Assembly: GCA_964608345.1 (NCBI GenBank) | Contig: CAZSNG010000005.1 | Coordinates: 6,261 to 70,260, forward strand | DNA length: 64,000 nucleotides | Direction of reading: 5' to 3' | Origin: an uncultured Thermotogae bacterium | GTDB taxonomy: Bacteria; Bipolaricaulota; Bipolaricaulia; UBA7950; UBA9294 | Shown: positions 18,901 to 27,484 of the stretch, in pieces | Layout: the number at the start of each line of letters is the position of its first letter | How positions within the stretch are numbered: the stretch's first letter is position 1 | Program-made: the position numbers and the translations under genes | Notes under the pieces: generated by a model | Databases searched by the model: none | Told to the model about the DNA's origin: nothing | Seen by the model: the letters and a program-made list of their open reading frames with translations, nothing else

Positions 18901-20899
18901 GCAACACGGGATCGAAGGGACGCAGTCGACCATCGTCGTGGTCAATTCGGACATCCGAAACCATCCGGACGACGGCATCCATCTGACCGACAGCACAGCG
19001 GATCTCGAACTCGTGACGGTGGAGCGAAACGGCGCGCGCGGCATCTACGTCGAACGCAACTCGGAGATCAAGCTTCGCGCCACCCAGGTCACGGACAACG
19101 GCGAGGAGGGGATTGCAGTCGGTGCCAGTTCAGTGGAGATGATCGCCTCGGATGTCTCGTCGAACGCTACCTTCGGAGTGATCGCGAGCGACGGGGAGGT
19201 CCTGATCGACGAATCGTCGATCACGGGACACCGGCAAGACGGGCTGTTTCTGAGCACGACGTCGGCGGAGATCGTCGACAGCGAGGTGCGCGACAACGGG
19301 AACTTCGGTATCCATGCTGACTTCGGGTCGACGTGTCTGTTCGCTACGTCGGTGCTGAGCGGAAACTCCGCGGGCGGCGCGAACCTCGATACCTCGGCGA
19401 TCGACGTTGTGGCGAGCGAGGTCACGGCCAACGGCGGCAACGGCGTCACCGCGGTCGGTGGGATTATCAACCTGTCACAGGCGTCGACGATCGATGGCCA
19501 CCCGCAGGACGCGATCCACATGTACGGCGGCTCGGCGAAACTGCTCGACTCGACCCTGACCGACAACGACGGGGACGCGATTGACACGACAAACGGGAAG
19601 GTGACTGCGCAGGGCTGCACGATCGACGACAACGGCGAGCTGGGCCTGCGGAGCGACTCCAGCTCGGTCACTCTGTCGACGTGCATCGTTTCCGGCAACG
19701 GCGGTTCGGCCGTCGGCGCGGGCAGCCGATCCCGGGTGACGCTCATCGGCAGCACCGTGACCGGCCACTCGAACAGCGCAATCGTCCTGGACACGAGTGC
19801 GGTCGATCTGCAGGATTGCGAGGTGATCGACAATGGTTCCCATGCGATCGAAGCGGCAAGCGGCACGTTGACCATCTCAGGAACCACGATCTCCGGCCAC
19901 GGCGACGCGGCGATCGTGCTCGTCGACACGCGCGGAGAGGTTCGAGACGCGCAGATCGAAGACAACGAAGGACCCGGCGTCGACGCGACGACTTCGACGA
20001 TCGCATTCTCCGACTCCACCGTACGCGGACACCCGACGGACGGCATCCGGCTCGTTGGTTCGTCGCTCGAGTGGGTCGGCAGCGTTCTGACAGCGAACGA
20101 AGGGGACGCGGTTGTCGCCAGCGACTCGCAGGTGACCGTCTCGGCGAGCACCATCAGCGACAACGCCGGAAACGCGCTCGACCTGACCGACAGCTCGGCG
20201 GTGATCTCCAACGGATCGGCCGTTCGCGCGAACGACGCCGTTGCCGTCGCGACGCTGAACGCGACTGTGACGGTCCTCGACTCGACGATCACGGAACACC
20301 CGGCGAGCGGCATTGTGCTGGACAACTCGCCGGCGTCGGTGTCGTCGAGCTCTATCACGGCCAACGCCGGGTGGGGAATCGAGGCGGTTCACCAGTCCGC
20401 GCTGATGTCCTCGGGCACGACGATCTCCGAGAACACGCTCGGCGGACTGTCGCTCAACCGATCGGTCGCGGCCCTCCTTGACGAGACGATGATCACGGGG
20501 AACCTGGCGGCCGGCGTCGTGGCGACGGCACGGTCGGCGCTGCTCGTCATCGAAGCGTCGATTGTTGGCAACGCGGGGGCCGGGCTGTCGCTCGATGCTT
20601 CCTCGGCGTCGATCCGCGAGGCGACGGTGGCGCAGAACGACGGCCACGGACTGAGCCTAGGGAACCTGTCGGTGCTGTCGCTGGTCGGTTCGTCACTCGC
20701 CGGTAACGGCGCGGGCGGACTCCGGCTGGTGACCTCGGTCGCGTCCATCCGCGAGAACACGATCACCGGGAACGTCACGTTCGGCGTGTTCGTCGACGCG
20801 GAATCGCTGGTCGCTGGATGGGGGAACGCGATCAGCGGGAACGGGACCGACGTGTCGGAAGACGTTCCGGATGACCTGGTGCAGCCGCGCCAGCAGTAG
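15902..20899 (+). CDS. giant secreted right-handed parallel beta-helix (PbH1) repeat protein
   Basis: 1665 aa. N-terminal signal/TM MSRRLLGIAFAGLVVASIGLIAV. About 70 tandem ~23-aa units of the form (S/T)GNGxDGVxLxxSxxTxxGxTIxxN. GGAGGAG SD before the ATG at 15902. Confidence 0.85.
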   Translation: MSRRLLGIAFAGLVVASIGLIAVSRGDEFYVPDDYRTLREALQAAGPGDTIVLSTRREIRETVSMRNKRQITIRAEERFNKTATVEGRDDDEPVFELVNCREITFERINITAREDDDGTRSSTGGIVTESCTDIVLQECTISGHGGPGVQGSGITLEECTVSGNLSWGIELTGGAGITVTATTVERNPSGGLHIQDATASLEEASFTNNDGYGIVVDGSSSVRFSDLGGPSRITGNGLGGILVKGATFTLQGNADVRDNRGVGIEAEDAQLTVSGAEISGHPSAGVLYRRSSGFVSSSSIVDNSGVGLLVDESSNVTLDGTTVARQGADGVQVLNGSTLGVRGGSLVTANGGDGVLADATSVTGDAATFSLNGGSGLRLLHGATATLANSIVDDNQADGVTVIASTATLRGGQCNDNVRYGICVIEGGRAVVESECVVSNNGSDGLHIDGATGELRDSEASGNTENGVSVLGNSTGTIAGSDVSGNGEEGVEIVLATATVSGSVVSLNGANGVLATGGAAVEVLSGSRVIENGLDGLLVDASTATVDASELSDNVGHGAHAIVDAFLTIRNDSLFERNGANGVYVVESTLEMSDSIARSNVEDGVALDGAEARIDGCRLASQVVHGLHMEGSFATVSASAIANNGAEGIFEQKSRLALIDCTVELNVVNGILLENSLIDVLRCAVRDNGVHGLYGHENSSATVTGTTITGHPDDGVLLTNSSGDFLRATVGQNGQHGIDTDVAAVVMADSDVLENTLHGIHLVNSTADLTGCRITDNLLKGVSATDSTASIVSCAFSGQGEEGLSLANSAAGLEETTIEGSALAGLLAANSVAAIEGGAIRNNGSHGLSLSRSSIDAVDLDVSDNAGTGVYAVSSGIGFVGCTVSGNDEHGWWLDFSQATAEGGETTGNGMTGVSGRERSRITLVDTAVTDHPDGGLGLADSSADVRATIISGNGTHTVIAAKSVLRIVDGTEIKGNVGSGLFLTNTFAEIKGSTIETGTQHGIEGTQSTIVVVNSDIRNHPDDGIHLTDSTADLELVTVERNGARGIYVERNSEIKLRATQVTDNGEEGIAVGASSVEMIASDVSSNATFGVIASDGEVLIDESSITGHRQDGLFLSTTSAEIVDSEVRDNGNFGIHADFGSTCLFATSVLSGNSAGGANLDTSAIDVVASEVTANGGNGVTAVGGIINLSQASTIDGHPQDAIHMYGGSAKLLDSTLTDNDGDAIDTTNGKVTAQGCTIDDNGELGLRSDSSSVTLSTCIVSGNGGSAVGAGSRSRVTLIGSTVTGHSNSAIVLDTSAVDLQDCEVIDNGSHAIEAASGTLTISGTTISGHGDAAIVLVDTRGEVRDAQIEDNEGPGVDATTSTIAFSDSTVRGHPTDGIRLVGSSLEWVGSVLTANEGDAVVASDSQVTVSASTISDNAGNALDLTDSSAVISNGSAVRANDAVAVATLNATVTVLDSTITEHPASGIVLDNSPASVSSSSITANAGWGIEAVHQSALMSSGTTISENTLGGLSLNRSVAALLDETMITGNLAAGVVATARSALLVIEASIVGNAGAGLSLDASSASIREATVAQNDGHGLSLGNLSVLSLVGSSLAGNGAGGLRLVTSVASIRENTITGNVTFGVFVDAESLVAGWGNAISGNGTDVSEDVPDDLVQPRQQ

Positions 20900-20960
20900 G
20901 TTCGGGTAGGACAGCAGTGACCGCGGGTGGGGACGCTGATCATCTTCGCCCGCGTCTTCC

Positions 20961-22928
20961 TCAGGGAAGGAGACGCGCGATCTGAAGCCCCTCCTGCCGG
21001 TCGGCGATCAGGACGAGCCCGTCGGTCACGAAGACGGCGATCGCTTCGCCGGGGGTGTCGATCGCGGCCACCCGTTCCGGCTCGAGTGGATCGGACAGCG
21101 AGTAGACCGACACGCCCGCTCGCTCGGCGACGTACAGATGGTTCCCTGCCAGATGGAGCCCGACCGCTTCGTCGCTCGATCCGAACCAGCCGACTTCCGC
21201 GGCCAACGCGGGGTCCGCGACGTCGACGATTCGGACGCCGCGGTACCCTGACGCGACGTACGCGATGGACCCCCGCACCGCAACGTCGCGGGCGTCGCCG
21301 GAGAGTGCGACCGTCCCGAGGAGGCGGGGCGTCAGCGGGTCGGAGAGATCAACGATCTCCAGCCCGGCGTCCCCGACGGCGACGTACGCGATATCCCCGG
21401 CGATCGTCACCGCACCGGCATGCCCCCCCGTCTCGTAGCTCGAGAGGAGAGGGGCGGCGCCGGACGCCGCTCCGCTGCCCACGTGGAACCCCGCGCGCTG
21501 AGCGCCGACGCCGGCTAAGCCGGCGGCGGCCGCGACATCCTGTGCCCATCCTGGCGTCTCGAGCGATCCGACCTCCGTCGGCCGGGTCGGGTCGGAGACG
21601 TCGACGACGGTCAGACCCTCGCCGCGGTTGGCGACGAGCGCGAGCGCACCGATGAGGGCGATGCCCTCCGCGTATCCGCGCGTGCTGTTCGATCCGATCT
21701 CGTGCGGATGGGCCGGATCGGACACGTCGACGATGGACAGCCCCTTGACGCCAACGATGAGGTAGACGAGGTCGCCATCGGCCCAGACATCGAGCGAATA
21801 CCCGGACGGGTTGAATCGGCCGACCGTTTCGAGCTGCAGTGTCGAGGCGACAGCGAGCGCGTACGTTCCCGTGCCGCTGACCGGTAGCACCTCAAGGTAG
21901 TAGTGCGCCGTCTCGGGCGCGTCCCAATCCAGCGCGGCCGGCCCGCCGTTGGTGGTCGACGTCTCCTCCAAGACAACGACGCCGTCTGCGGCGCGGAGGA
22001 TGAGACGACAGGAGAGGCCGGCGCTCGTGGTCAGGGTGAACGTGTAGTGCCCGCCGGTGCGCGCATCGAAGCTGAACCAGTCGGCGTCTCCGGCGACCTC
22101 GACCGAACCGGTCAGCGGTGGGCCGTACAGGTCGAGGAGGAGAGCTGACGCGGCGTCGCTGCCGAAGTCGTCCGCATAGCCGGTGCGACCCACGCGAATC
22201 TCATAGCCGATCGATGCTTCGCCGCCGGTCGAGCGGACGAGCAAGAAGACGCTGCCGGCATCCCGGCCGACGAGAATGATCTCCTCAGCGCCGTCGATGG
22301 AGATCGGACCGGCCGAATCCGTGCTTCCGGAGACCTCGACGGTGAGGGCCCCTCCTCCGTTCGATGTCCGCGTCACTTCTGCGACGTAGTCGTAGCCCCG
22401 CTCGACCGAGAAGAGGAACGCATCGACATCATCGGCAGTCTCGAGGAAGCCCGGAACTGCGTCTCCGTTCACCGCGAGCGGTGTGGCCGACAGCGAATCG
22501 TCACCGTGATCGTCGATCAACTCGAGGGAGATCGAAAGCGCGTAGCAGCCAGTCCCATCGGCGGACTGCGCGTGACGCACCATGACGAAGAACGTTCCGT
22601 CACTCGGGCATGTCCAGCGAATCCTCGTGCCCGCCTGATCCTCGGAGCTGTAGGCGACCGACAGGATCGCCTGGCCGTCGGACGCGAGGAGATAGAGGAC
22701 CGAGTCCATCTGCGTGCTCTGATGCGTGGTCAGGATGCGGTACGAGCGGCCGGCGACTCCTGCGAACAGGAAGTAGTCCATGTCTTCGGGCTCCTCGATG
22801 CACGCGTCGAGGAGCATTCCATCGACGCCGATCGGAGTCGCGGCGAGCGCAGAGTTCCCATGGTCATCTGCAAGAACGGAACCGGCCACGGCTCCGATCA
22901 CCAGCAGCGCTGCGAGAATCGGTCTCAT
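20961..22928 (-). CDS. secreted protein with three PPC-like (bacterial pre-peptidase C-terminal) domains and C-terminal LVIVD repeats
   Basis: 655 aa with signal peptide MRPILAALLVIGAVAGS. Three DDHG(N/D)...A..L modules (DDHGNSALAATPI, IDDHGDDSLSATPL, YADDFGSDAASALLL). Then LSIVDVSDPAHP, LTVVDVSDPTRP, LEIVDLSDPLTP, VRIVDVADPALA, VSVYSLSDPLEP (LVIVD repeat propeller). Confidence 0.8.
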   Translation of the reverse strand: MRPILAALLVIGAVAGSVLADDHGNSALAATPIGVDGMLLDACIEEPEDMDYFLFAGVAGRSYRILTTHQSTQMDSVLYLLASDGQAILSVAYSSEDQAGTRIRWTCPSDGTFFVMVRHAQSADGTGCYALSISLELIDDHGDDSLSATPLAVNGDAVPGFLETADDVDAFLFSVERGYDYVAEVTRTSNGGGALTVEVSGSTDSAGPISIDGAEEIILVGRDAGSVFLLVRSTGGEASIGYEIRVGRTGYADDFGSDAASALLLDLYGPPLTGSVEVAGDADWFSFDARTGGHYTFTLTTSAGLSCRLILRAADGVVVLEETSTTNGGPAALDWDAPETAHYYLEVLPVSGTGTYALAVASTLQLETVGRFNPSGYSLDVWADGDLVYLIVGVKGLSIVDVSDPAHPHEIGSNSTRGYAEGIALIGALALVANRGEGLTVVDVSDPTRPTEVGSLETPGWAQDVAAAAGLAGVGAQRAGFHVGSGAASGAAPLLSSYETGGHAGAVTIAGDIAYVAVGDAGLEIVDLSDPLTPRLLGTVALSGDARDVAVRGSIAYVASGYRGVRIVDVADPALAAEVGWFGSSDEAVGLHLAGNHLYVAERAGVSVYSLSDPLEPERVAAIDTPGEAIAVFVTDGLVLIADRQEGLQIARLLP

Positions 22929-23650
22929 CCTGCCTCCCGAGTGTGCAATGTCGTCGACGAATCATACCGAAAAGGCGTGAGATGGTTTCGTCTTGCAGCC
23001 ACTGCAAGTAGGTCGGGATGACTGCCCCTTCTTGAGTGGAGGGATGAAGAACGTCACACGGAGATGGGTTCAGCTCTGAGTGTGATCCCGAAGGGTGCAA
23101 CGGCAAGCCTGACCCTCTGATGCAGAGCAGCCTATCCCGCATGGGCTGTGCATCATCATCCGTTGGGAATGACCGCAACTGACGGTCATAGGCCGTCAAT
23201 TGGCGAAACGGCGACAGCCCTCCAAGGGAGCGTCCTTCGCCAATAGGACACCAACACCCGCCGTCGAGAGGGTTCATGGTCGCTTCCTGCCAGGACAAGC
23301 GAATGAGCCACATCCCCTTCGGGCGAGTGTCCGCTTGGGGTCTCTTCCTACTTGGTGAACAGCCCGGGAGGTGGATCCCAACGGCCGAGCCGGCGGTGCC
23401 CGACGCGTGGGCAGCCGAGATTCGTTCCAGGCTCGCGAACCCGTACGACCGAGAAGGATTCCACCGTCTCCTTGGGTTCGATCTGTGAGTCAGGTGGCGT
23501 GTCCGCGTCGGCTGAACGTGGCGGCGCTTCTATCTTTCGTGTCCGTGATCTCCTCATCCCCTGATCACCCTGAAGGAATCTACCGGGAGTTGATGCGCGG
23601 AGTCAAGTCCGCGTGTCGGCAGGCAGCGTGTCAGCTGGGCTGGCGGGGTG

Positions 23651-24679
23651 CTAGGGCATGATCACGGTGCGAAGACCCGAGCCGTACTGCTGGAGGCGGA
23701 GCACGGCGGCATTCACCGCGTCGGCGTCCAACGGGACGGTCTCCGTGACGACGCGCGTGAGGTCGAGCTGGCCCTGACGGGCGAACTCGAGCAGGGACGG
23801 GATCTCCGCGAGGAGATGGTCGGAGCAGCCGATGACTTCGGCCTCCTTCCCGAGGACTTCACGGTACGAGTCAATGCAGAGCGGCTGATCGGTGAGGCCG
23901 ACGAGGACCGCCCGTCCGTACGGGGCCAGCGACTGGACCGCCTGACGCATGACCTCAGGCAGCCCGACCAGCGCGAGCGCGACATCGACGCCGCGACCGT
24001 CCATTCGTTCCCGGAGGATGTCGACAGGGTCGCAGCTCGATGCATCGATCGGGACGGCGCCGAGCGCATCGGCCTCAGCGAGCCGTTCGGCGTTGATATC
24101 GACGGCATAGACGTCGCGGGCACCGAGGATTCGCGCCAGTTGAATCGCGGACATCCCTAGCCCACCTGCGCCGAACACGGCCACCGTCTCTCCGGCGCGG
24201 AGGCGACCCTTCCGAAGCGCGTGGTATACCGTGGCGGATGAACACATCATGATCGCTCCGTGCTCAAACGGAACGTCTTCGGGCAGTCGGACCGCGTTCC
24301 GCGCTGGCACCGCAATGAACTCGGCGTGGCCGCCATCGATGTCCTTCCCGAGCATCACCCCCTGCTCGCAGAACTGCTCACTCGACGAGCAGCAGTACCA
24401 GCAGCCGCCGCAGGTCACGAGGTAGTGCAGGCAGACGCGCTGCCCGACGGAGTGAGTTGTGACGTCCGAGCCGATCTCCTCGACGACGCCGGCGATCTCG
24501 TGACCGAGGGTCTGCGGCAAGCGACCGACCGGTGAGATCCCTTCCCAGTAGTGGACGTCCGAGTGACAGAGGCCGGCCGCCTTGATCCGAACCAGGACGT
24601 CCTCCCTGCCGATCGCGGGAACGGGAAGTTCCGTCATTTCGAACGGCTTGCCGAGTTCGACCAGTTGGATCGCCCGCAC
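23651..24679 (-). CDS. zinc-dependent alcohol dehydrogenase (MDR superfamily)
   Basis: 342 aa. GHEIAGVVEEIG, structural-zinc Cys cluster CGGCWYCC, NAD(P) motif GAGGLG. GTG start (rc cac 24677-24679) with AGGAGGTG SD. Confidence 0.85.
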   Translation of the reverse strand: MRAIQLVELGKPFEMTELPVPAIGREDVLVRIKAAGLCHSDVHYWEGISPVGRLPQTLGHEIAGVVEEIGSDVTTHSVGQRVCLHYLVTCGGCWYCCSSSEQFCEQGVMLGKDIDGGHAEFIAVPARNAVRLPEDVPFEHGAIMMCSSATVYHALRKGRLRAGETVAVFGAGGLGMSAIQLARILGARDVYAVDINAERLAEADALGAVPIDASSCDPVDILRERMDGRGVDVALALVGLPEVMRQAVQSLAPYGRAVLVGLTDQPLCIDSYREVLGKEAEVIGCSDHLLAEIPSLLEFARQGQLDLTRVVTETVPLDADAVNAAVLRLQQYGSGLRTVIMP

Positions 24680-24965
24680 GCGGCACCTCCTGCGATGTGT
24701 TGGAACGCGAGCCCTTGGGCAGGGATTCTAGCGGATGCCAGCCGCACTGACACGCCGATCTCTCATGGGGCGGCCTTGCGGCGCGCTCGCGGGAGGGGAG
24801 CCGTCGCGATGGAGCGTCGGTTGCCCCATCCGGTGCGGGTTTCCGCGATGCTCAAGTGTTGTTCATTGGGTCATCCGGAGCTAGAATGCGACGGGGGCGG
24901 GTCGAAACTGGAAGAGAGCGTGGTCCCGCATCTTCCGGGTGGTCCAGGCACAAGGAGGATCGCAC

Positions 24966-26606
24966 GTGCGATCGCATCGCGTTGCCCTGCTGGCGCTTGT
25001 TGTTGTGTGTGCTCTGGGGATCCCGGGCTTGGCCCAGAGTACCGTGCTCCTGCCCATCACCCTTCGCGACGGGGACGGATTCGACTGGGACGTGCAAGGG
25101 GATGGTTCGATCGGGGTCGGTGCGAAGGGAGCCTTCTGTGGCGGGGTGCTCCTCAGCGTCAACGGCGAAGGGTTCCCGAGCTTCGGCAGCGCCGACGCGC
25201 TCTCGGGAGGACGTGGGCTTGTGATCGGACCGTCCAATCTCGCGGGGATCGAGGTGACGCGAGAGGTCTACGTCCCGCGTGACAACACGTATGCGCGCTT
25301 CACGGAGATCCTCAGCAATCGCTATGGCTATGCGATCGATGTCACGCTGAAGGTCTCCACAACCCTGGGTGCCGGGGCCTCGACACGAATCGTCCGCACG
25401 TCGACCGGGGACACCGCGCTCGGGCCCGGTGACGCGTGGATCGTCGCGGACGACGGGACAGATGGTGGGGGCGCTCCTGCGGTGGTCCACGTCTTCGTGA
25501 AGCCTCTTCCCGATAACATGGACTTCGGCGGCGGACGCCTCGACTACCGCTACACCCTCTCCGTGCCCGCCTACGGCGAGGTGACGGTAACCCACTTCGC
25601 TGTGCAGCGCTGGGGCCGCTCGGATGCGATCGAGACTGCGCGACGCATTGCGTCTCTGTCGGCGATGGGAGGGGGCGCGGGGTACGAGGAATTCGAGCCG
25701 CCGGCGGGGATGGTGCTCATCCCGGCCGGAAGCTTCGAGATGGGGGACAGCTTCGGCGAAGGTGTCCCCGATGAACGTCCGGTGCACACCGTAGAGGTGA
25801 GCGCGTTCTATATGAGCTGCTACGAGGTCACCAACGACGAGATGGCCGAGGTCCTGCAGTGGGCGTACGAGCACTCCAAGCTCGCGGTATCGTCTTCGTC
25901 GGTGCGCAACGCCGCCGGAGACGCGCGGGATCTGCTCCACCTGACCGACCCTCAATGCCGGATCACTTGGAGCGGGAAGGCGTTCGGCATGAAGGCGGAG
26001 AAGGGTTCGGGGTATCCGTGTGTTGAGGTGACGTGGTACGGCGCGGCAGCGTTCTGCAACTTCCGGAGTGAGATGGAAGGGCTGACGCCGTGCTACGATT
26101 TCGGCGATTGGAGTTGCGATTGGTCGGCGAACGGATACCGGCTGCCGACGGAAGCCGAGTGGGAGAAGGCGGCGCGCGGCGGAGCGGCCGGACGTCGCTT
26201 CCCGTGGAGTGACTCGGACACGATCCAGCACGAGCGGACGAACTACAGCAGCGACCCCTCCTTCGGCTACGACACCAGCCCGACGCGTGGCGACCATCCG
26301 GACTACGGCGGCGGCGAGAAGCCGTTCACCAGTCCTGTCGGGAGCTTCGCGCCCAACGAGTATGGTCTTCACGACATGGCGGGGAACGTGTGGGAGTGGG
26401 TCTGGGACTGGTACGGCGGGGGATTCTACTCCGAGTCGCCGGTGCACGACCCGCGTGGCCCGATATCCGGCTCGTACCGCGTGGTTCGCAGCGGCCGCTG
26501 GGGCTACGATGGGTCTTCCTGTCGGGTTTCCGGACGCCGTCACGGCTGGCCTGGCGGCCGCAAACGAATGGGCTTCCGGATCGCCCGAGGCGTGGGCACG
26601 GAGTAG
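24966..26606 (+). CDS. secreted protein with C-terminal formylglycine-generating-enzyme (FGE/SUMF1-type) domain
   Basis: ORF 24939..26606. GTG 24966 preferred (AAGGAGGA 6 nt upstream) giving signal peptide VRSHRVALLALVVVCALG. FGE-domain blocks RPVHTVEVSAFYMSCYEVTNDEMAEVLQWAY, RLPTEAEWEKAARGG, GNVWEWVWDWYG, VVRSGRWGY. Confidence 0.75.
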   Translation: MRSHRVALLALVVVCALGIPGLAQSTVLLPITLRDGDGFDWDVQGDGSIGVGAKGAFCGGVLLSVNGEGFPSFGSADALSGGRGLVIGPSNLAGIEVTREVYVPRDNTYARFTEILSNRYGYAIDVTLKVSTTLGAGASTRIVRTSTGDTALGPGDAWIVADDGTDGGGAPAVVHVFVKPLPDNMDFGGGRLDYRYTLSVPAYGEVTVTHFAVQRWGRSDAIETARRIASLSAMGGGAGYEEFEPPAGMVLIPAGSFEMGDSFGEGVPDERPVHTVEVSAFYMSCYEVTNDEMAEVLQWAYEHSKLAVSSSSVRNAAGDARDLLHLTDPQCRITWSGKAFGMKAEKGSGYPCVEVTWYGAAAFCNFRSEMEGLTPCYDFGDWSCDWSANGYRLPTEAEWEKAARGGAAGRRFPWSDSDTIQHERTNYSSDPSFGYDTSPTRGDHPDYGGGEKPFTSPVGSFAPNEYGLHDMAGNVWEWVWDWYGGGFYSESPVHDPRGPISGSYRVVRSGRWGYDGSSCRVSGRRHGWPGGRKRMGFRIARGVGTE

Positions 26607-26665
26607 TGTAGAGAGGGTGGCGAAGGACGAGATGGCCGATCGTACGACCATCGCGAGGAGGCCTC

Positions 26666-27451
26666 GTGGGGAACGGTGAACGGAAGCATATCGCACATCC
26701 AGCGCTGCGTACTGTCGGGCTGCTGGTGCTCCTCCTGCTGATCGCTGCCGTGGCGGGCCGCTCAGAGCCGGTGCTGATTTCGGGCGCAATCTCTACGGCG
26801 AACCACACGGGTGAGAGGAAGACGGACTTCGAAGTCGTCGTGATCTCGGATGAGCGTGTCGACATGGAGGGGCCGGAGCGGGGCGGCATGCTGTGGGTCG
26901 ATGGAGTCCTGGCGTCCCCTCCGCGGATTGCGGACAACGACTCAACCAGGGTGACCCTCGGCTGGCGCGTCCTCATCCCGGATGGAGCGTCGGTGGTCGT
27001 GACGTACGTGGGCAGTCAGGATGGGTGTAGCCAGTTTGGCCTGCTCGCGTCTTTCGGATCGGAACGCGCGTCGACCGAGCGCGTGGCGGTGTTGGGGTGG
27101 CGCGTGGTCTGTTCCGGATGGACGTTCTTCAAGAACGCGAATCGCACCGTAATCGCGTACGACGACTTGAGGATCTTCCAGCCCGGCGCGATTACATTCG
27201 ACTCGATGCTCTCCGCGCTCGAGACGTCCCGTGGACACATCGGGTGGGCCGGCCCCGCGGCGGGGGACGTCCGAGCGGCGGGCGGAGATACGTACGACGA
27301 CGCCGGAACGGCACCACTCGACGCCTTCAAGCTCGACGAGGCTGGCTTCCTGCTGGCGAAACTCGACGTCCGCTTCGCCAATCCGAGCTTCTCGGAGAGC
27401 GAAGCGACAATCCTTATCGGACACGAGCGTCAGGCCACCTGCGGGCTCTGA
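26666..27451 (+). CDS. hypothetical secreted protein
   Basis: GTG start 26666 after GAGGAGG. N-terminal hydrophobic segment LRTVGLLVLLLLIAAVAG. Lies 60 nt downstream of the FGE-domain gene (probable co-transcription). Confidence 0.45.
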   Translation: MGNGERKHIAHPALRTVGLLVLLLLIAAVAGRSEPVLISGAISTANHTGERKTDFEVVVISDERVDMEGPERGGMLWVDGVLASPPRIADNDSTRVTLGWRVLIPDGASVVVTYVGSQDGCSQFGLLASFGSERASTERVAVLGWRVVCSGWTFFKNANRTVIAYDDLRIFQPGAITFDSMLSALETSRGHIGWAGPAAGDVRAAGGDTYDDAGTAPLDAFKLDEAGFLLAKLDVRFANPSFSESEATILIGHERQATCGL

Positions 27452-27484
27452 CCGGACGCCAGCCCATGAGGTCGCGGACGCTCC

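Noticed and set aside
16787-20647. Several long minus-strand ORFs (e.g. 16787..18184, 19045..20364, 19877..20647) inside the beta-helix gene
   Set aside because: Antisense to the repeat gene. The repeat structure keeps alternative frames open. Translations are low-complexity.
15902-20899. Regular ~69-nt periodic repeats considered as CRISPR-like or tandem-repeat array
   Set aside because: Repeats are in-frame coding repeats of a beta-helix protein (units differ in sequence and have no spacer/repeat alternation). Not a CRISPR array.
20949-20978. Imperfect hairpin (CGCGTCTTCC…GGAAGGAGACGCG) between the convergent beta-helix and LVIVD genes, considered as a bidirectional terminator
   Set aside because: No U-tract on either strand and the stem contains a bulge. 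Overlaps the LVIVD stop codon. Cannot support an intrinsic-terminator call from sequence alone.
23440-23520. tRNA-like TpsiC motif (GGGTTCGATC) near 23470
   Set aside because: Flanking sequence cannot form the 5-bp T-stem or an acceptor stem. No cloverleaf can be drawn, so this is a chance match.
24852-26789. 645-aa minus-strand ORF opposite the FGE-domain gene
   Set aside because: Antisense to a gene with clear FGE signatures. R-rich translation with no motifs.
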